Shown: positions 38,979 to 51,796 of the stretch, one piece after another
Layout of the letters: each line of letters starts with the position of its first letter
Position numbering within the stretch: the stretch's first letter is position 1
DNA from: Carcharhinus amblyrhynchos
Taxonomy: Eukaryota
DNA: 64,000 nt
NCBI GenBank assembly: GCA_965287045.1
Contig: OZ336881.1
Span: 73,470,001-73,534,000, forward strand
Reading direction: 5' to 3'
Made by a program: the position numbers and the translations under genes
Notes under the pieces: model-generated
Told to the model about the DNA's origin: nothing
Database searches by the model: none
What the model saw: only the letters and a program-made list of their open reading frames with translations

Positions 38979-41542
38979 AGAACAAGGGAAAAGGGGTGGC
39001 TGAAAGCATGGTTGTTGGTTGGAAGTGAAGGATATGTATATGTATTTTTGTATTGAAAAGCTTTGTCAGTATAAGAGACCAGCCTCAAGTTCTATCCTTC
39101 ACTGTGCCGAACAATGTGAATTTCATCATTCCCTGTGAACCCAAATTTTTAAAAATTATTTTCATGGGTTGTGAGCATTGCTGGCAAGGGCAGCATTGGT
39201 TGTCCATCCCTAATTGCTATCAATGGGTTAGAGGGGAAGAGAAGTAAAGTTGAGATCACTACTCAAGCAGCCATGATCTTATTGAATGACAGAACAGGTT
39301 GATTGGCCTACTCCTGCTCCTATGTCCCACAACTCTATAACGGAATGGCTTCCTAGGCCATTTCAGAGCGCCATTGAAGAGTCAATCACATTGCTTTGTT
39401 CTGGAGTCACATGTAGGCCAGATCAGGTAAAAACGGCGGATTTCCTTCCCTAAGATAGTGAACTAGATGTGTTTTTATGACAATCGATGATAGTTATTTT
39501 TTGTTATTCATGGGATGTGGATGTTACTGGCATAGATTGCCCATCCTGAATTACCGTTGAGAAAGCGGTGGTCAGCTTCCTTCTTGAAGTGCTACAGTCC
39601 ATGTGGTTTCATGGTCACCATTACTGAGACTAGCTTTTTCAAGATTTCTTATTAATGAATTAATTGAATTTATTTATTAATTGAATTCCAATTCTACCAA
39701 TTTCCATAATGGGATTTGAACCTGATGCAACACCTGCTCTTTCACTAACATCTAGGGCACCGATCACTCATTACAATCAAAACAGCAATTGACTTGTGCT
39801 TCTTGCACTTATACTATATTCATTGCTCACTATGTGGCCTTTGCTGTCTTGGGTAGATAAAGGGTAGCTTGCTGTTCTGAACACCCGTCATTTTAATCCA
39901 CAAGGGCAGCACCCCTAGACACGCAGTGTTAATCAAATGCAGTAAAGGCATACCAGCACTTCAGGGGTGGGGCAAATTGTCAATTTGTGCCTGTTATGGG
40001 GAGTAGTTTGTCTCTCTCATTTCTGTAACTTCTCTCATTGAGTTTTGTTTTAATTCATTTGTGGAACGTGGGCGTTGCTGGCTGGCCAGCATTTATTGCC
40101 CATCCCTAGTTGCCTGAGGACAGTTGAGAGTCAACCACATTGTTGTGGCTCTGGAGTCACATGTAGGTCAGACCAGGTAAGGACGGCAGATTTCCTTCCC
40201 TAAACGACATTAGTGAACCAGATGGGTGTTTCCACCAATGGTCATCAGTAGATTCTTAATTGCAGATCATTTTTATTGAATTCAAATTCCACCAGCTGCT
40301 GTGGCAAGATTCGAACCCAGGTCCTCAAGATCTTTAGCTGAGTTTCTGGATGAATAGTCTAGTGATAATACCACTAGACCATCGCCGCCCCGATAGGGAG
40401 TGTATCTCCTTTTAGCTTAGAATATTTTCACTTCTGCCATTTAATCACCTCCTCCCATTTTTGCAGATAACTCATTTTCTTTTCTTGAGTACAGGGTGAA
40501 TTCTACCCATCTCTTTTCCCTTTCTGCCATCCTTGTTCCGAGCTTCTTAAAATATATATTTCCTAAAGTATTGTAACGCTGGCAGGGTCAGCATTATTCC
40601 CTATCCCTGATTGCCCTCGAGAAAGTAATGATGAGCTGCCTTCTTAATCTGTTGCAATCCACATAGTGTTGTTAAGAAGAGTGTTCCAGGGTTTTGATCC
40701 AGTGGTTGGGAGGTTCAGTGATATAGTTCCAAGTCAGGGTGGTGTGCATGCGCAGTATATCTATAATATCCTCCAGTTGTGATAAAAAAAACATGAATTA
40801 AGCTTATTTCTTTCTCTGCAGTTGCTAACTGACCTGCTGAGTGTTTCAGTACTTTTATTTGTAGTATTTTTAGGTTTCCAGCATCTGGAAGTTTTGCTCT
40901 TTTTAAACAATATCTAAGTGTTATTTACATTTTACATAACATTAAAATGATTTGATTTGATTTGATTTATTATTATCACACGTATTAACATACAGCGAAG
41001 CATTGTTTCTTGCATGCTATACAGACAAAGCATACCGTTCATAGAGAAGGAAGTGAGAGAATGAAGGTGCCGGGCACAGCTTGCAAGAAATCACCTCGCT
41101 CCGGCACCATCTTACAACTTAGGAAAATAAGTTTTTCCTAAATAGAGTCCTAGAGCTTTACAGCATGGAAACAGGCCCTTCGGCCCAACTTGTCCATGCC
41201 GCCTTTCTTTTTAAAACCCCTAAGCTAATCCCAATTGCCCACATTTGGCCCATATCTGTCTATACCCATCGTACCCATGTAACTATCTAAATGCTTTTTA
41301 AAATACAAAATTGTACCCGCTTCTACTACTACCTCTGGTAGCTTGCTCCAGGCACTCACCACCCTGTGTGTGAAAAAATTGTCCCTTTTCAAAAACAGAA
41401 AAGAAAATCAATTTCTTTTCTGTTTTTGAAATGCATCTGGCGTGTTGCTTATTTCTCCAGTATATTTTAATGTTCAGTGATTGAATGCTATAACTGAAGT
41501 TGTGCCTTCTGTCTTTTATGTGTGTGTCTGTTTTCCATGCAG

Positions 41543-41643
41543 TGTCAATCAAATGCAGTAAAGGCAAGACCAACCCTCAGGAGGCTCTGCAGATGTTGTC
41601 CTCAGCTCGCCTCAGCCTGCGTAGCCTATCCAGCAGAGCACAG
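41543..41643 (+). CDS. TTC27: TTC27 penultimate coding exon, 101 nt, phase 1/0
   Basis: ccatgcag|TG...CAG|gtagaa; (V)SIKCSKGKTNPQEALQMLSSARLSLRSLSSRAQ, in frame. Confidence 0.95.
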
Positions 41644-42079
41644 GTAGAACACCACAAAGCCCCTTGATTCTTTTTAATTACTGAATTATCTTTGCAGCCA
41701 ACAGAAATAGTGGCGGAGTTTCATCCTATTTGCGCAGCTGGCATTGCAAGATATTGTAACCTAGGAATGTGTTGTGTTCAAATAACATCTGTATTTGTCA
41801 TCATTTTCATATGAATATACTCCAGTATAGAGAGATGGCAATGCTTCTTATGTACTTTTCTGTATGTATAATGAAGTTTTTGCATCCAATGTGCATTTGC
41901 TGTATCAGGATTTTGCGCACCTGAGTGTACCTGATATTGCTATTAAGCTTCAATATTGTTGATACACTCTTCCTAGTTCCGTATAATGCCTGGGTGAGAC
42001 TGTGGTGCCAGTTTTTATGTACTTACCTGCAGTTAGCTGTAGAGGAAGTCTGTTTTGGTGTCCCAAGCCTCTGTCCCCA

Positions 42080-42528
42080 TCCTTGGATGGCAGGACTGTC
42101 ATATGGAGTAAGACTAAATCAGTTAGGATTATATTCACTGGGTATAAGTGTGAGAGGGGAACTCATAGAAACTTATAAAATTCTGACAGGATTAGACAGA
42201 GTAGATTCAGAAAGAATGTTCCCAATGGTTGGAGAGTCCAGAACTAGGGGTGATAGTTTGACGATAAGGGGTAAACCTTTTAGAACTGAGGAGAGAAGAA
42301 ATTTCTTCACCCAGAGGATGGTGAATGTGTGGAATTCCTCCCACAGAAAATCGTTGAGGCCAAAATGTTATGTGACTTCAAGAAGAAATTAGATATAGCT
42401 GTTGGGGCAGAAGGGATATGGGGGGGGATGGTGAATCAGGATTATAAATTTAATGATCAGCCATGATCAAAATGAATGGTGGAGCAGGGCCGAATGGCCT
42501 ATTCCTGCTTCTAGTTTCTAAGTTTCTC
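42080..42528 (+). mobile_element. CR1 LINE 3' end
   Basis: GLSYGVRLNQLGLYSL...RGELIETYKILTGLDRVDSERMFP...RRNFFTQRMVNVWNS. Confidence 0.9.
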
Positions 42529-43240
42529 AGCCTAGTTTTATCTATAACTCTCTGGATGAATTCTCTCAACTTATCTTCTGCTCACCTTAAACTTGTTTTT
42601 TTTTCTGGTTTTGTTGAATAATACACCTTGATAAACTGATCCCAAAGAAGGTGCTGAAATTAGGAAATCCCTGCGTAAGGCACTTGCTACTTCCTGGCTC
42701 ACATAGACAGAAAGCAAGAGACTTCACACTATCCACTATCAACCCTTAGTAACTGCAGACCAGCATTGCAATTGCTGCCTATAATAAAGGTCATGGAATC
42801 TTAGTGGATGAGGAACTGATTTAAGATCTTGGCCTTCATAACTTGCGTGTGGTTAGTTTCAGTCCTATTTGTGACATTCCCGAATCTCATAAACAAAGAA
42901 TAAATCTTTTGTCTTGACGCTCAGCATGAGATTGAAACTGTAACCTTCAGTAGGAGGTTATATACCTTGGTCTGATAGAAAAGCCAACACATATTGATCA
43001 GCTGGTGATCTGAGTTACATCAGAGTGCACCATTGTCAAAATATTGAAAATTGTTTTTTTGTTTTTATCACAATCTTCACTCAGATCCTTCAGGAATGTG
43101 CTTTTTCATCTTTGTTAGTGACCTACTGAATGGTGATTCTCTTGACTTCCTTTGGAATTTTCCAACAACTTGTATTCATCAGAGCATAATAAAACATCCC
43201 AAGGTTAAATTAAAACATAAAATTTGACACCAAGCCACTT

Positions 43241-43516
43241 AGAACCATAGAACCCCTACAATGCAGAAGCAGGCCATTCAGCCCATCAACACCAATCCCA
43301 CCCAGCCCCTATCCCCACTTAGTTACACTGCTGATCCCTGTAACCTATCAAATCCCAGAGCATTAAGGATTCATTTAGCATATCCAGTCAGCCTAACCTG
43401 TGCATCTTCGGACTGTGGGAGGAAACCGGAGCACCTGGAGGAAGCCCACGCAGATACAGGGGAGAACGTGCATTCTCCACACAGACAATAACCTGAGCCA
43501 GGAATCGAACCCGGGT
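43241..43516 (-). mobile_element. HE1-type V-SINE, type-A tail, inserted in an L2 3' end
   Basis: V-domain and tail; L2 sequence continues at 43520-43700. Confidence 0.85.
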
Positions 43517-43714
43517 GGATATTGGAGCAGATGGCCAAAAACATGGTCAAAGACCTAGATTTTAAGAAACACTTTAAAGGAAGAAAGAGAGGCATAGAGA
43601 GATTTAGAGAGGGAATTCCAGAGCTTAGAACCCAGGCAGCCGAAGGCATGACCATAAATTGTGGAGCAATTAAAATGGGGAGTGCTCAAAAAGCTAGAGT
43701 TAATTCATTTATTA

Positions 43715-44003
43715 TTTATTTATTAGTGGCATGAGTAGGCGTAGATTAACACTGCAATGAAGTTATTATGAAAATCCCCTAGTCACCACTCTGGCGCCTG
43801 TTTGGGTACACTGAGGGAAAATTTAGTATAGCCAATACACCTAACCAGCATGGCTTTCTGACTGTGAGAGGAAACCAGAGCACCCGAAGGAAATCCATGC
43901 AGACACGGGGAGAATGTGCAGACTCCGCAATGTTAGTGACCCAAGCTGGGAATTGAACTTGAGTCCCTGGTGCTGTGAGCCATCAGTGCTGGCCACTGTG
44001 CTG
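43715..44003 (-). mobile_element. V-SINE, type-B tail
   Basis: Same as other type-B copies. Confidence 0.85.
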
Positions 44004-44374
44004 ATATCTCAGATGTTGCTGAACAATATGGGCCTTGACGTTTATCACAGTTTCTTAAAATAGAAAAATCGCTGATATTACCCATCGCCCACAATTCTTT
44101 AATGGTTCCAAACACTTACAAATACTCAGTAAGCTGGTTGGGGAATCATGATGGGTTTGCATTGGGGAGAACAAATGGCAGAAAGATGGAGATCATCAAG
44201 TTAGCTCAACCCTAGTTTGTCCTCTTCAGAAACTGCACTGTTTTGCAAAATGTACATTACACCTTGGATGGAAAATGGCATACCTGTTTGACAGGCTTCA
44301 GAGAACATCCATCTCTTGCTCCTGGGTTACAATCTCCCAAATCTACTGAGGTGACAGACAATGCAGACCAGCCT

Positions 44375-44880
44375 TTGATTTGATTTATTATTGTTGCATG
44401 TTTTGGGATATTGTGAGAAGTGTTGTTTCTTGCATGCTATACAGACAAAGCATACTATTCATAGAGAAGGAAAAGAGAGACTGCAGAATGTAATGTTACA
44501 GTCATAGCTGGGGTATAGAGAAGGATCAACTTAATGTGAGGTAGGTCTATTTGAAAGTCTGACAGCAGCAGGGAAGAAGCTGTTCTTTAGTCAGTTGGTA
44601 CATGTCGTCAGACGTTTGTATCTTTCTCCCGATGGAAGAAGGTGGAAGAGCGAATATCGGGGGTGCGTGGGGTCCTTAATTATGCTGGCTGCTTTGCCGA
44701 GGCAGTGGGAAGTGTAGACAGTGTGAATGGATGGGAGACTTTTTTGCATGATGGATTGGGTTACATTCATGACCTTTTTGTAGTTTCTTGTGGTCTTGGA
44801 CAGAGCAGGAGCCATACCAAGCTGTGATACACCCAGAAAGAATGCTTTCTATGATGCATCTGTGAAAGTTGGTGAGAGCC
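44375..44880 (-). mobile_element. Rex1/Babar LINE 3' fragment
   Basis: LTNFHRCIIESILSGCITAWYG; KAASIIKDPTHP..SLFHLLPSGERY; (TGATT)n tail. Confidence 0.9.
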
Positions 44881-47265
44881 TCTGGACTATTGCAGTGTTG
44901 CGGCTGAGCTATCAGTCCTTTCTGAGATATGAGTAATATCATATGAATTACAAACTTTAAACCAGACTGTCACTTTTATGCCAAGAATATAAGAGCCACT
45001 GTACTAAAAAACCAGCACTGGATACCAGTGATAATGTTTCATGTGTTACTTCCAGGTCAAGAATATCTTTTTCCCACGTGATGATATTATTTAGAAGCTG
45101 GAATATAAAAATAATATGTTCTAGAATCCAGGTTGCAAGGATGTGAGTGATATCACAGTTCAGCTTCTCGATATCCTCATCTGCCCTCAAAGCTTTGATT
45201 CATCAGATATCCATTCTTGTTAACACCTTCCACACACTCACACAATGATGTTACCTTTCAAAACCATATCAGTGTCATCAATATCATTAACAAGAAGTTG
45301 TGGCACCTGTAGATTTTTCATTATATTAGCAGGTTGTCCAGGTTGAAAAGATTTGTGTGATACCTGATTGGAATGTCAGGCACTTTTCACCTGAAACTGG
45401 ATTCAGCACTGGTGCATGTTAGGCATGTTGATAGCTTGGAAACCAGTGATGTTATTTTAGAATTCAGTGAAGGAAATTTTTCTTCAGCTTTTCTTTGTGC
45501 GCCCAACATAAATTTCCACAACTGTAAATTGATTGTTTGATTTTCACTTAAAACGCATAGGTTGCTCGCCCCATTCCTGAATTGCCAATTGTGTAGAAAA
45601 TCTCTGATGGTACCTAAACAGATGAAATAGCTTTGAAAGTCTGTGCTGATATTTTGGAAAGCAGTGATGAAAGTCTGTGTTGAATGCAATAAAATGTTGG
45701 TTAACTTACACCCAGTCCAGTTTCAAAGAACACATTTACAAACTAGTTTCTGAAACGCCATTGCTGTAATCTCAATTGTGCTTGAAAATGAAGAGTTCTG
45801 ACATTACTAAAGATAGAGTTCCTCATACAAACCCAGCAAACAAAGACAATTTCAATCACTGGCTAAGTGTGACTCTGTAGCCACCATCCACATTGTTACT
45901 TTCCATCACACTGGTGCTGCATAGAATCAATCATTGAATCCCTATAGTGCAGAAGGAGGCCATTCAGCCCATTGAGTCTGCACCGACAACAATCCGATCC
46001 TATCCCTGTAACGCCATGTATTTACCCTGCTAATCTCCCTGACACCAAGGGACAATTTACCATGGCTAGTCAACCTAACCTGCACACCTTTTGGGAAGAT
46101 GTAGCGTTTCAGTTTTCAAACAATTTTAAGGCATAATTATGATCCTGAAGTCATATCACAAGTTGAAACAGAAACTGTACAGTGCAATGCAGCTGCTGTG
46201 TTCTCCTATTGAGATTGGAGCCACACTAAATATTTTCCTCCTGGAGACCTCTAAGGTACAGTATAACCCCATAGCAGAGGTGTTATTGTTCCTAAATCTG
46301 GGTTTATTAGATACACATTGGTATGCAATCCTCTCACCTACCAAAGTGGGAGCCATTCTTGATCTTCCCTCCACTGATTTACATAAATGAAAATAATCCC
46401 ATGCGGACTAGTTTTTTTTTCCTTTCTGGCTGATCTTTCTCTATATCCTTGTACGATCAATACAGTCTGAATCAGTCAGAACATCTGCACTGTTTCTCCA
46501 TTGTGATAACCTAAACTGCACTGTCTCCAAGAGATGGTCTGACATCAGTTTGATTTTGAATTGGCTGCCTTTGTATAAATGTAGCTAGTGCAATGGCTGT
46601 ATCTGTGTATTGCTGTTTGTACAGTTAAGCATTTTCCTGTGTTGCCAGGTGTCTTTTTTTTGTAGACAATAGAAATGTCAAAGAAGCTTTTTCAGCATGA
46701 CATGGAATAGAAAACCTTTCAGTGAAATTTGCCACCCACACATCTGGGTGCTGCCATAATATTTACACACAGTGGCTGGAATTCTCCCATCCTGCCCACC
46801 ACGGGAATTGTAGCGGATGGAGAGGGAATGTAAAGGTCCATTGAGCTCGGGTGAGTCTCCGGTTTTGAGGCGAGTGTGGCCAAAGAATCCCAACCATTGT
46901 GTCCCAACCCTACTATTTCCAGTGTAAGTGATCACTATAATGGGATGATTTTCAGTGCAGTTTTGACCTATGTACATAACAGCCACTGCTTTGCATCATG
47001 ATGCTTGGCACAGCCTGGATTGAGAGCTGAGTGGAGTAACTTTGCAATCTATAACCCTGAGTGCCAGCATTGGAATCCCCATTTCTCCAATGAATGTCTG
47101 TCTCTCTTCTTAATCAAGAGCACAAAGTCCTAAGTCTGTTGCTCCTCATTCCTCAGTGGTTTTCACTGCCATTCAAATGCTGCCACAGGAGAAAATTCTA
47201 AACATATTTTACCTAGCAGTGTCCATCTGGACAGGGTGAAATCCATAAATAGTCAGCAGTAAGTA

Positions 47266-47520
47266 AAGGGTATTTATTAGTGTCACAAGTAGGCTTACAT
47301 TACATTGCAACGAAGTTACTGTGAAAATCCCCGAGTCACCACACTCTAGCACTTGTTCGGGTAGGAAGAATTTAGCACCTAACCAGCACATCTTTCAGAC
47401 TGTGGGAGGAAACTGGAGCACCCAAAGGAAACCCACACAGATACAGAGAATGCGCAGACTCTGCACAAACAGTGACCCAAGCCAGGAATCAGCAGTGCTA
47501 ACCACTGTGTCAACGTGCCG
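47266..47520 (-). mobile_element. V-SINE, type-B tail (internal deletions)
   Basis: Type-B tail and V-domain. Confidence 0.82.
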
Positions 47521-48159
47521 TAGGCTATGTTTCAAACCTGAGGAGGTGAGTATGTTTTTAACAGAAAGCTATCCGGCACACATATACTTTGAGGTCCTCT
47601 GAGGAAGTATCATGGAAGTTTTTAATGATGACTGAGTCTTCTGGGATAAACATTCAGATGAGCAAACCTAATGAGAAACCAGTTTCACAGTAGGAAACAA
47701 AAGGTGAAGGTTAAAGCAGCAGCCAGCTGCAGGGGGCTGCTCCACTCTGCTTTGCCATTTGTTTCATCGATTAATTAAGAGAGGGGAATTCCACCAGTGG
47801 TATAAAATGTACTGCTGATAACGTCTCATTAGTGCCATGTCAAGGGATTTGGATAAATGATTTGAATGAGCTGAAGAGAACAAATCAAGCTTAATGTGGA
47901 ACAGGTAGAAACTAATACACGATAAAGAGAAATTCAATTTCCCAATCTGCAAATGGTTGTTATTGGCTAAGGTATCATAAGGATGTCCGGCGATTGAGGG
48001 AATGATATACCTTTATATCATCTTGCTGATGAAGCTACATTTGAAATATTTTAGACATCCTAGTGGCAGGAAGCTAAGAGAAGGGGACATGGGTATGAGA
48101 AATTTGGGGCAGAGAATGGGAGCAACTTTTACACAATGAGTTGTGAGGCTGGAGAAAGC

Positions 48160-48480
48160 GCAGTGGCACAGTGGTTAGCACTGCTGCCTCACAGTGCCAG
48201 GGACCCAGGTACAGTTCCTGGCTTGGGTCACTGTCTGTGCGGAGTCTGCTCATTCTCCCCATGTCTGCGTGGGTTTCCTCTGGGTGCTCTGGTTTCCTCC
48301 CATAGTCCAAAGGTGTGTGGGTTAGGTGGATTGGCCATGCTAAATCGTCCCTTAGTGACAGGGGGACTAGCTAGGCTAAATGTATGGGGTTATGGGAATA
48401 GGGCCTGGGTGGGATTGTGGTCGGTGCAGATTTGATGGGCCGATTGGCTTCCTTCTTCACTGTAAAACTCTATGATTCAT
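48160..48480 (+). mobile_element. HE1-type V-SINE, type-A tail
   Basis: Head, V-domain and tail. Confidence 0.9.
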
Positions 48481-49995
48481 CTTGTTAACCTCCAGACTAA
48501 TATGTCAAACTATGTAGTACGTTTGCAGTCTTCTCGGAATAAGGAAGAAATGGCTAACCATGTCATACAAAGTAGGTATTCCAAAGCCCAATATGTTGTT
48601 GGTTCTGGGATTGAGAGGCTGAACATTGGCTGGCTCATGTGATTTCCCCATACCATGCATCCTAAACTTTGGTTCCATTGCTTTGAAGTTGACTGAAGCC
48701 CAGTCTCTTTCCCAGAAAGATTGGGAAGTTCAGATATATGCCTGTTTGCGCTATTCCCCCTTACATCTGGTTATAGAATTCATAGAACCTATCAAGGAGC
48801 AAGGAGGCAACAGTCCACCCTCATTATAATTGGGGAGATGAGGTAGAAGGGAGGGGAGTTAATGTTTAAAAAGTAATAATTAAATTGTTCCCATTCTCAT
48901 CAAAGGGTTAAAATTACCCCATAAATTTCTCTGTTGTTTGGAAGCAAAATGTCTTCATTGAATTTTTTTCCCATTTGGTCACAAAGGAAACTATTGTGGT
49001 TAATATTGACACATTTATTGTCTTGCATATTACAGGAGCATTTTACAAGCTAGTTCAGAAGCACATCTGTTTTACAAATGGGGAGTACTGCCAGGATAGC
49101 CTATTTTAACCAAATGTTCATCTTTCTTCCCCTCCCCAAGAGAACAGCTTTTGTAACAATTGTCCCTCAACTTGCAGTACCTTTAAAAGCAAAGCTTCCT
49201 GTCCTTTTTTTTTCAGATGTTCTTTTATTTATCTACTTTTTACTTTTTTTAGTCTTCCTTTGCCTGAATTAAATTACTCTTGCAAGGGTACTATTCCATG
49301 GGTAACTCCAGCCCTCGAGTGACTCAGAGGTGCTTCAGTACTGTGGCTTTGATCCAACACGGCATTTACCCACCAAGCCTTTGGTTAGTTACCAGTTCTT
49401 ATTATTTCCTGCTTTCATAACAGAATTGAATCTGTACTTAAAATTGCAACCGGCTTAGGTATTTCTTCTTGAGAAAGACCCCTAATCAAGAAGCTTCTTA
49501 GGATTATGTTTGATCTTCTGATGGTGGAGCTATCAAAGCAGCTGCTCATGGACAAATATCTGCAGGATTCAGCAGAATACCTGTAGTCCTGTGTGCTGTT
49601 TAGTACTGGTTAGAAATGTGGGCTCTTTTGTCTGTACCCACCCACTATTCTCCTTTGTGGTATTGGCAGTCAAGGCTCGGTCTATCAGTTTGAAGCTTTA
49701 TTGTGTAAATTAATCTTCATTTTACTTCCAAATTATCATTCGGAAAATGAAGCGCTCCCTCCCCACCATGTCAGTAATTACTTTCCGCTGGTCCTCATTA
49801 TAACTCAGTGTGGAACAAATGCTCGACTTTTTATAGAACATGGACTGATAAACATTTGTGACGTAATCCACTCTGATCCACATCAGTTTCAAGAAAATCT
49901 TCAACAAAATTAGAAACCATCTGGAGGGAAATAATTCAAACAGGATTGGTTTTACACCGAACGTTGGATACTGAGAGTTTGAAGTTCATTTTTCC

Positions 49996-50118
49996 GTGTG
50001 TGTGCATGTCTGTGGTGTGTGTGTGTGCATGCACGTGTGTGTGTGCGTGCATGTGTGCGCATGACTGTGTGTACGTGCGTCAATGTGCATGCGTCTGTGT
50101 GTATGTGTGCATGCGCGA
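49996..50118. repeat. Imperfect (TG/CA/CG) alternating purine-pyrimidine microsatellite
   Basis: GTGTGTGTGCATGTCTGTGGTGTGTGTGTGTGCATGCACGTGTGTGTGTGCGTGCATG... Confidence 0.9.
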
Positions 50119-51575
50119 GACCCCGTAAGTCATCGCACTCTCTGCTGTTCTGAACTATGTTATCAGTGAGTTTCCTCCACCTGCATTTCCCACGTGGTTC
50201 ACTGTGTAATAGGGGCATCTTTTCAACTCTTCCATTTTCATCAATCTGAATAGAGTCATGGAGTCATTGAGGTATATAGCACAGAAAAAGGCCCTTTGGC
50301 CCATCGTGTCTGTGCCAGTCAAAGACTAAACAACCAAACTACTGAATACCAGGTTAAAAATGCTCTTCTTTTTCCCTCCAGTTATCTGTGCCATGTAATG
50401 GTTAGCTACACAGCAGAGACTGAGCATCAAGTTGCTCCAATTGTGACCGTCTCCACTATGGATTCGTTCCCTTTCAGATTTGTTGACAGTGTTGGGATGA
50501 GTGCTGGACAGTCTAGCAGTACAGAAAAGAAGCATTGTTGTCTCCCAGAGCCCTGCTCTGGGCCCCGTCCTGCTCACTACCAGGCTCCAAACATGCAGAT
50601 TGGTAGCAATAACTCCAGCAGGTGCTGTTTGGGTTTGACGCTGACCGTTCAGTTTGATGGTGACAGAGAGAGAAGTCCTTACTTTGCTACCTCGATTATG
50701 CTTCAGAATAACTCATCTAAAGCCACTTTTATCGGTTCAGGGTGAGGCGCTTTATAAATGCAATTCCGACAACAAGAACAGTAGGTTATTTACTCTCCAG
50801 CTTCAGCCTTGCCAACATCTTGGGTGGGATTTTATGGCCTCGCTCGGGTGAGATTATAAAATCTCGCCTGAGGCCAAGAGAGATTTCTGTTTTGGGAACA
50901 TTGCCCACCCCGAGAGCTGGTAAGGTTTCAGCTCTTGTGTCAGTAAGACCTTGAAGCTCAAACGTGCAGAGTTTTTGTGCGTTTGTGACAAGGTTATAGG
51001 AAAGCAGACACTGCCTGACCCGTTGAGTATTTCCTGCAATTTCTGTTCTCGTTTTAGATTTCCAGCTGCCGCACAGTTTTGCTTTTGTATTTGTGACTAA
51101 GTGAAGTTGGGGGTGCCAGTGTTTTTAGGTGCAAATATTATGAAGCATTGTTGCATGGCTTGTGCTGGAGATGCTTACCATTTACCTAGTAAAGATGTAA
51201 TGGAATTAAGTTTTTTACCATCTGGATGTGTCAACAGTAAAAGCAAGACTCGGTTTGCAAACAGATTGGATTATTCAAGTAACACATTTTCAGATGTATC
51301 AGTTTTAAGCATCAACATTTATTTAAAACCCCAGCTGTGATGCTGGCTGATAGCTGTTTGGCAATGCAGCATTGGTGAAATTTAAAGCTGCTTCCTAATT
51401 GTAACTAATACTCGTGTCTGTAAGGAGCAAAGATTCTAAGCTCGATTAAGGACCGGATTAGAAATACCTGCTCAATAAAATGATGTGGCAGCCGACACGA
51501 GGACAGTAAACTGGTCCTTAAACTTCTGTTGTTTCCTTCCCCCCCCACCCCCGTTTTGGACCTTACCTGCTGCAG

Positions 51576-51698
51576 CAACTCTACACTGATGTTATTACAG
51601 GTGAAATACAGATCGAGTTAGCCGACGAGAAAACCACAATGGACAACTTGATCCTGGAGCTTCAAGACCTCAGCAACCAGCTGCGGAATCAGTCATGA
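51576..51698 (+). CDS. TTC27: TTC27 last coding exon to stop codon
   Basis: ctgcag|CAA...TCA TGA; [40 protein letters not shown], matching the recalled vertebrate TTC27 C-terminus (..[13 protein letters not shown]). Confidence 0.95.
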   Translation, partial: QLYTDVITGEIQIELADEKTTMDNLILELQDLSNQLRNQS

Positions 51699-51790
51699 AG
51701 AAGAGGAAGAACTCACTTTCCCATCAAAGACGCCGGGAATTCCCTATAACACCTGTAATGAGTTGTTGTGCTGGATGTATGTTAATAATC

Positions 51791-51796
51791 AATAAA
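51791..51796 (+). terminator. Candidate polyadenylation signal of TTC27
   Basis: AATAAA 92 nt after the stop, followed by T/GT-rich sequence. Confidence 0.65.

Noticed and set aside
50296-50745. 149-aa ORF in the last intron
   Set aside because: Starts within a LINE/SINE tail at a non-ATG codon; no domain, and not needed for the TTC27 reading frame
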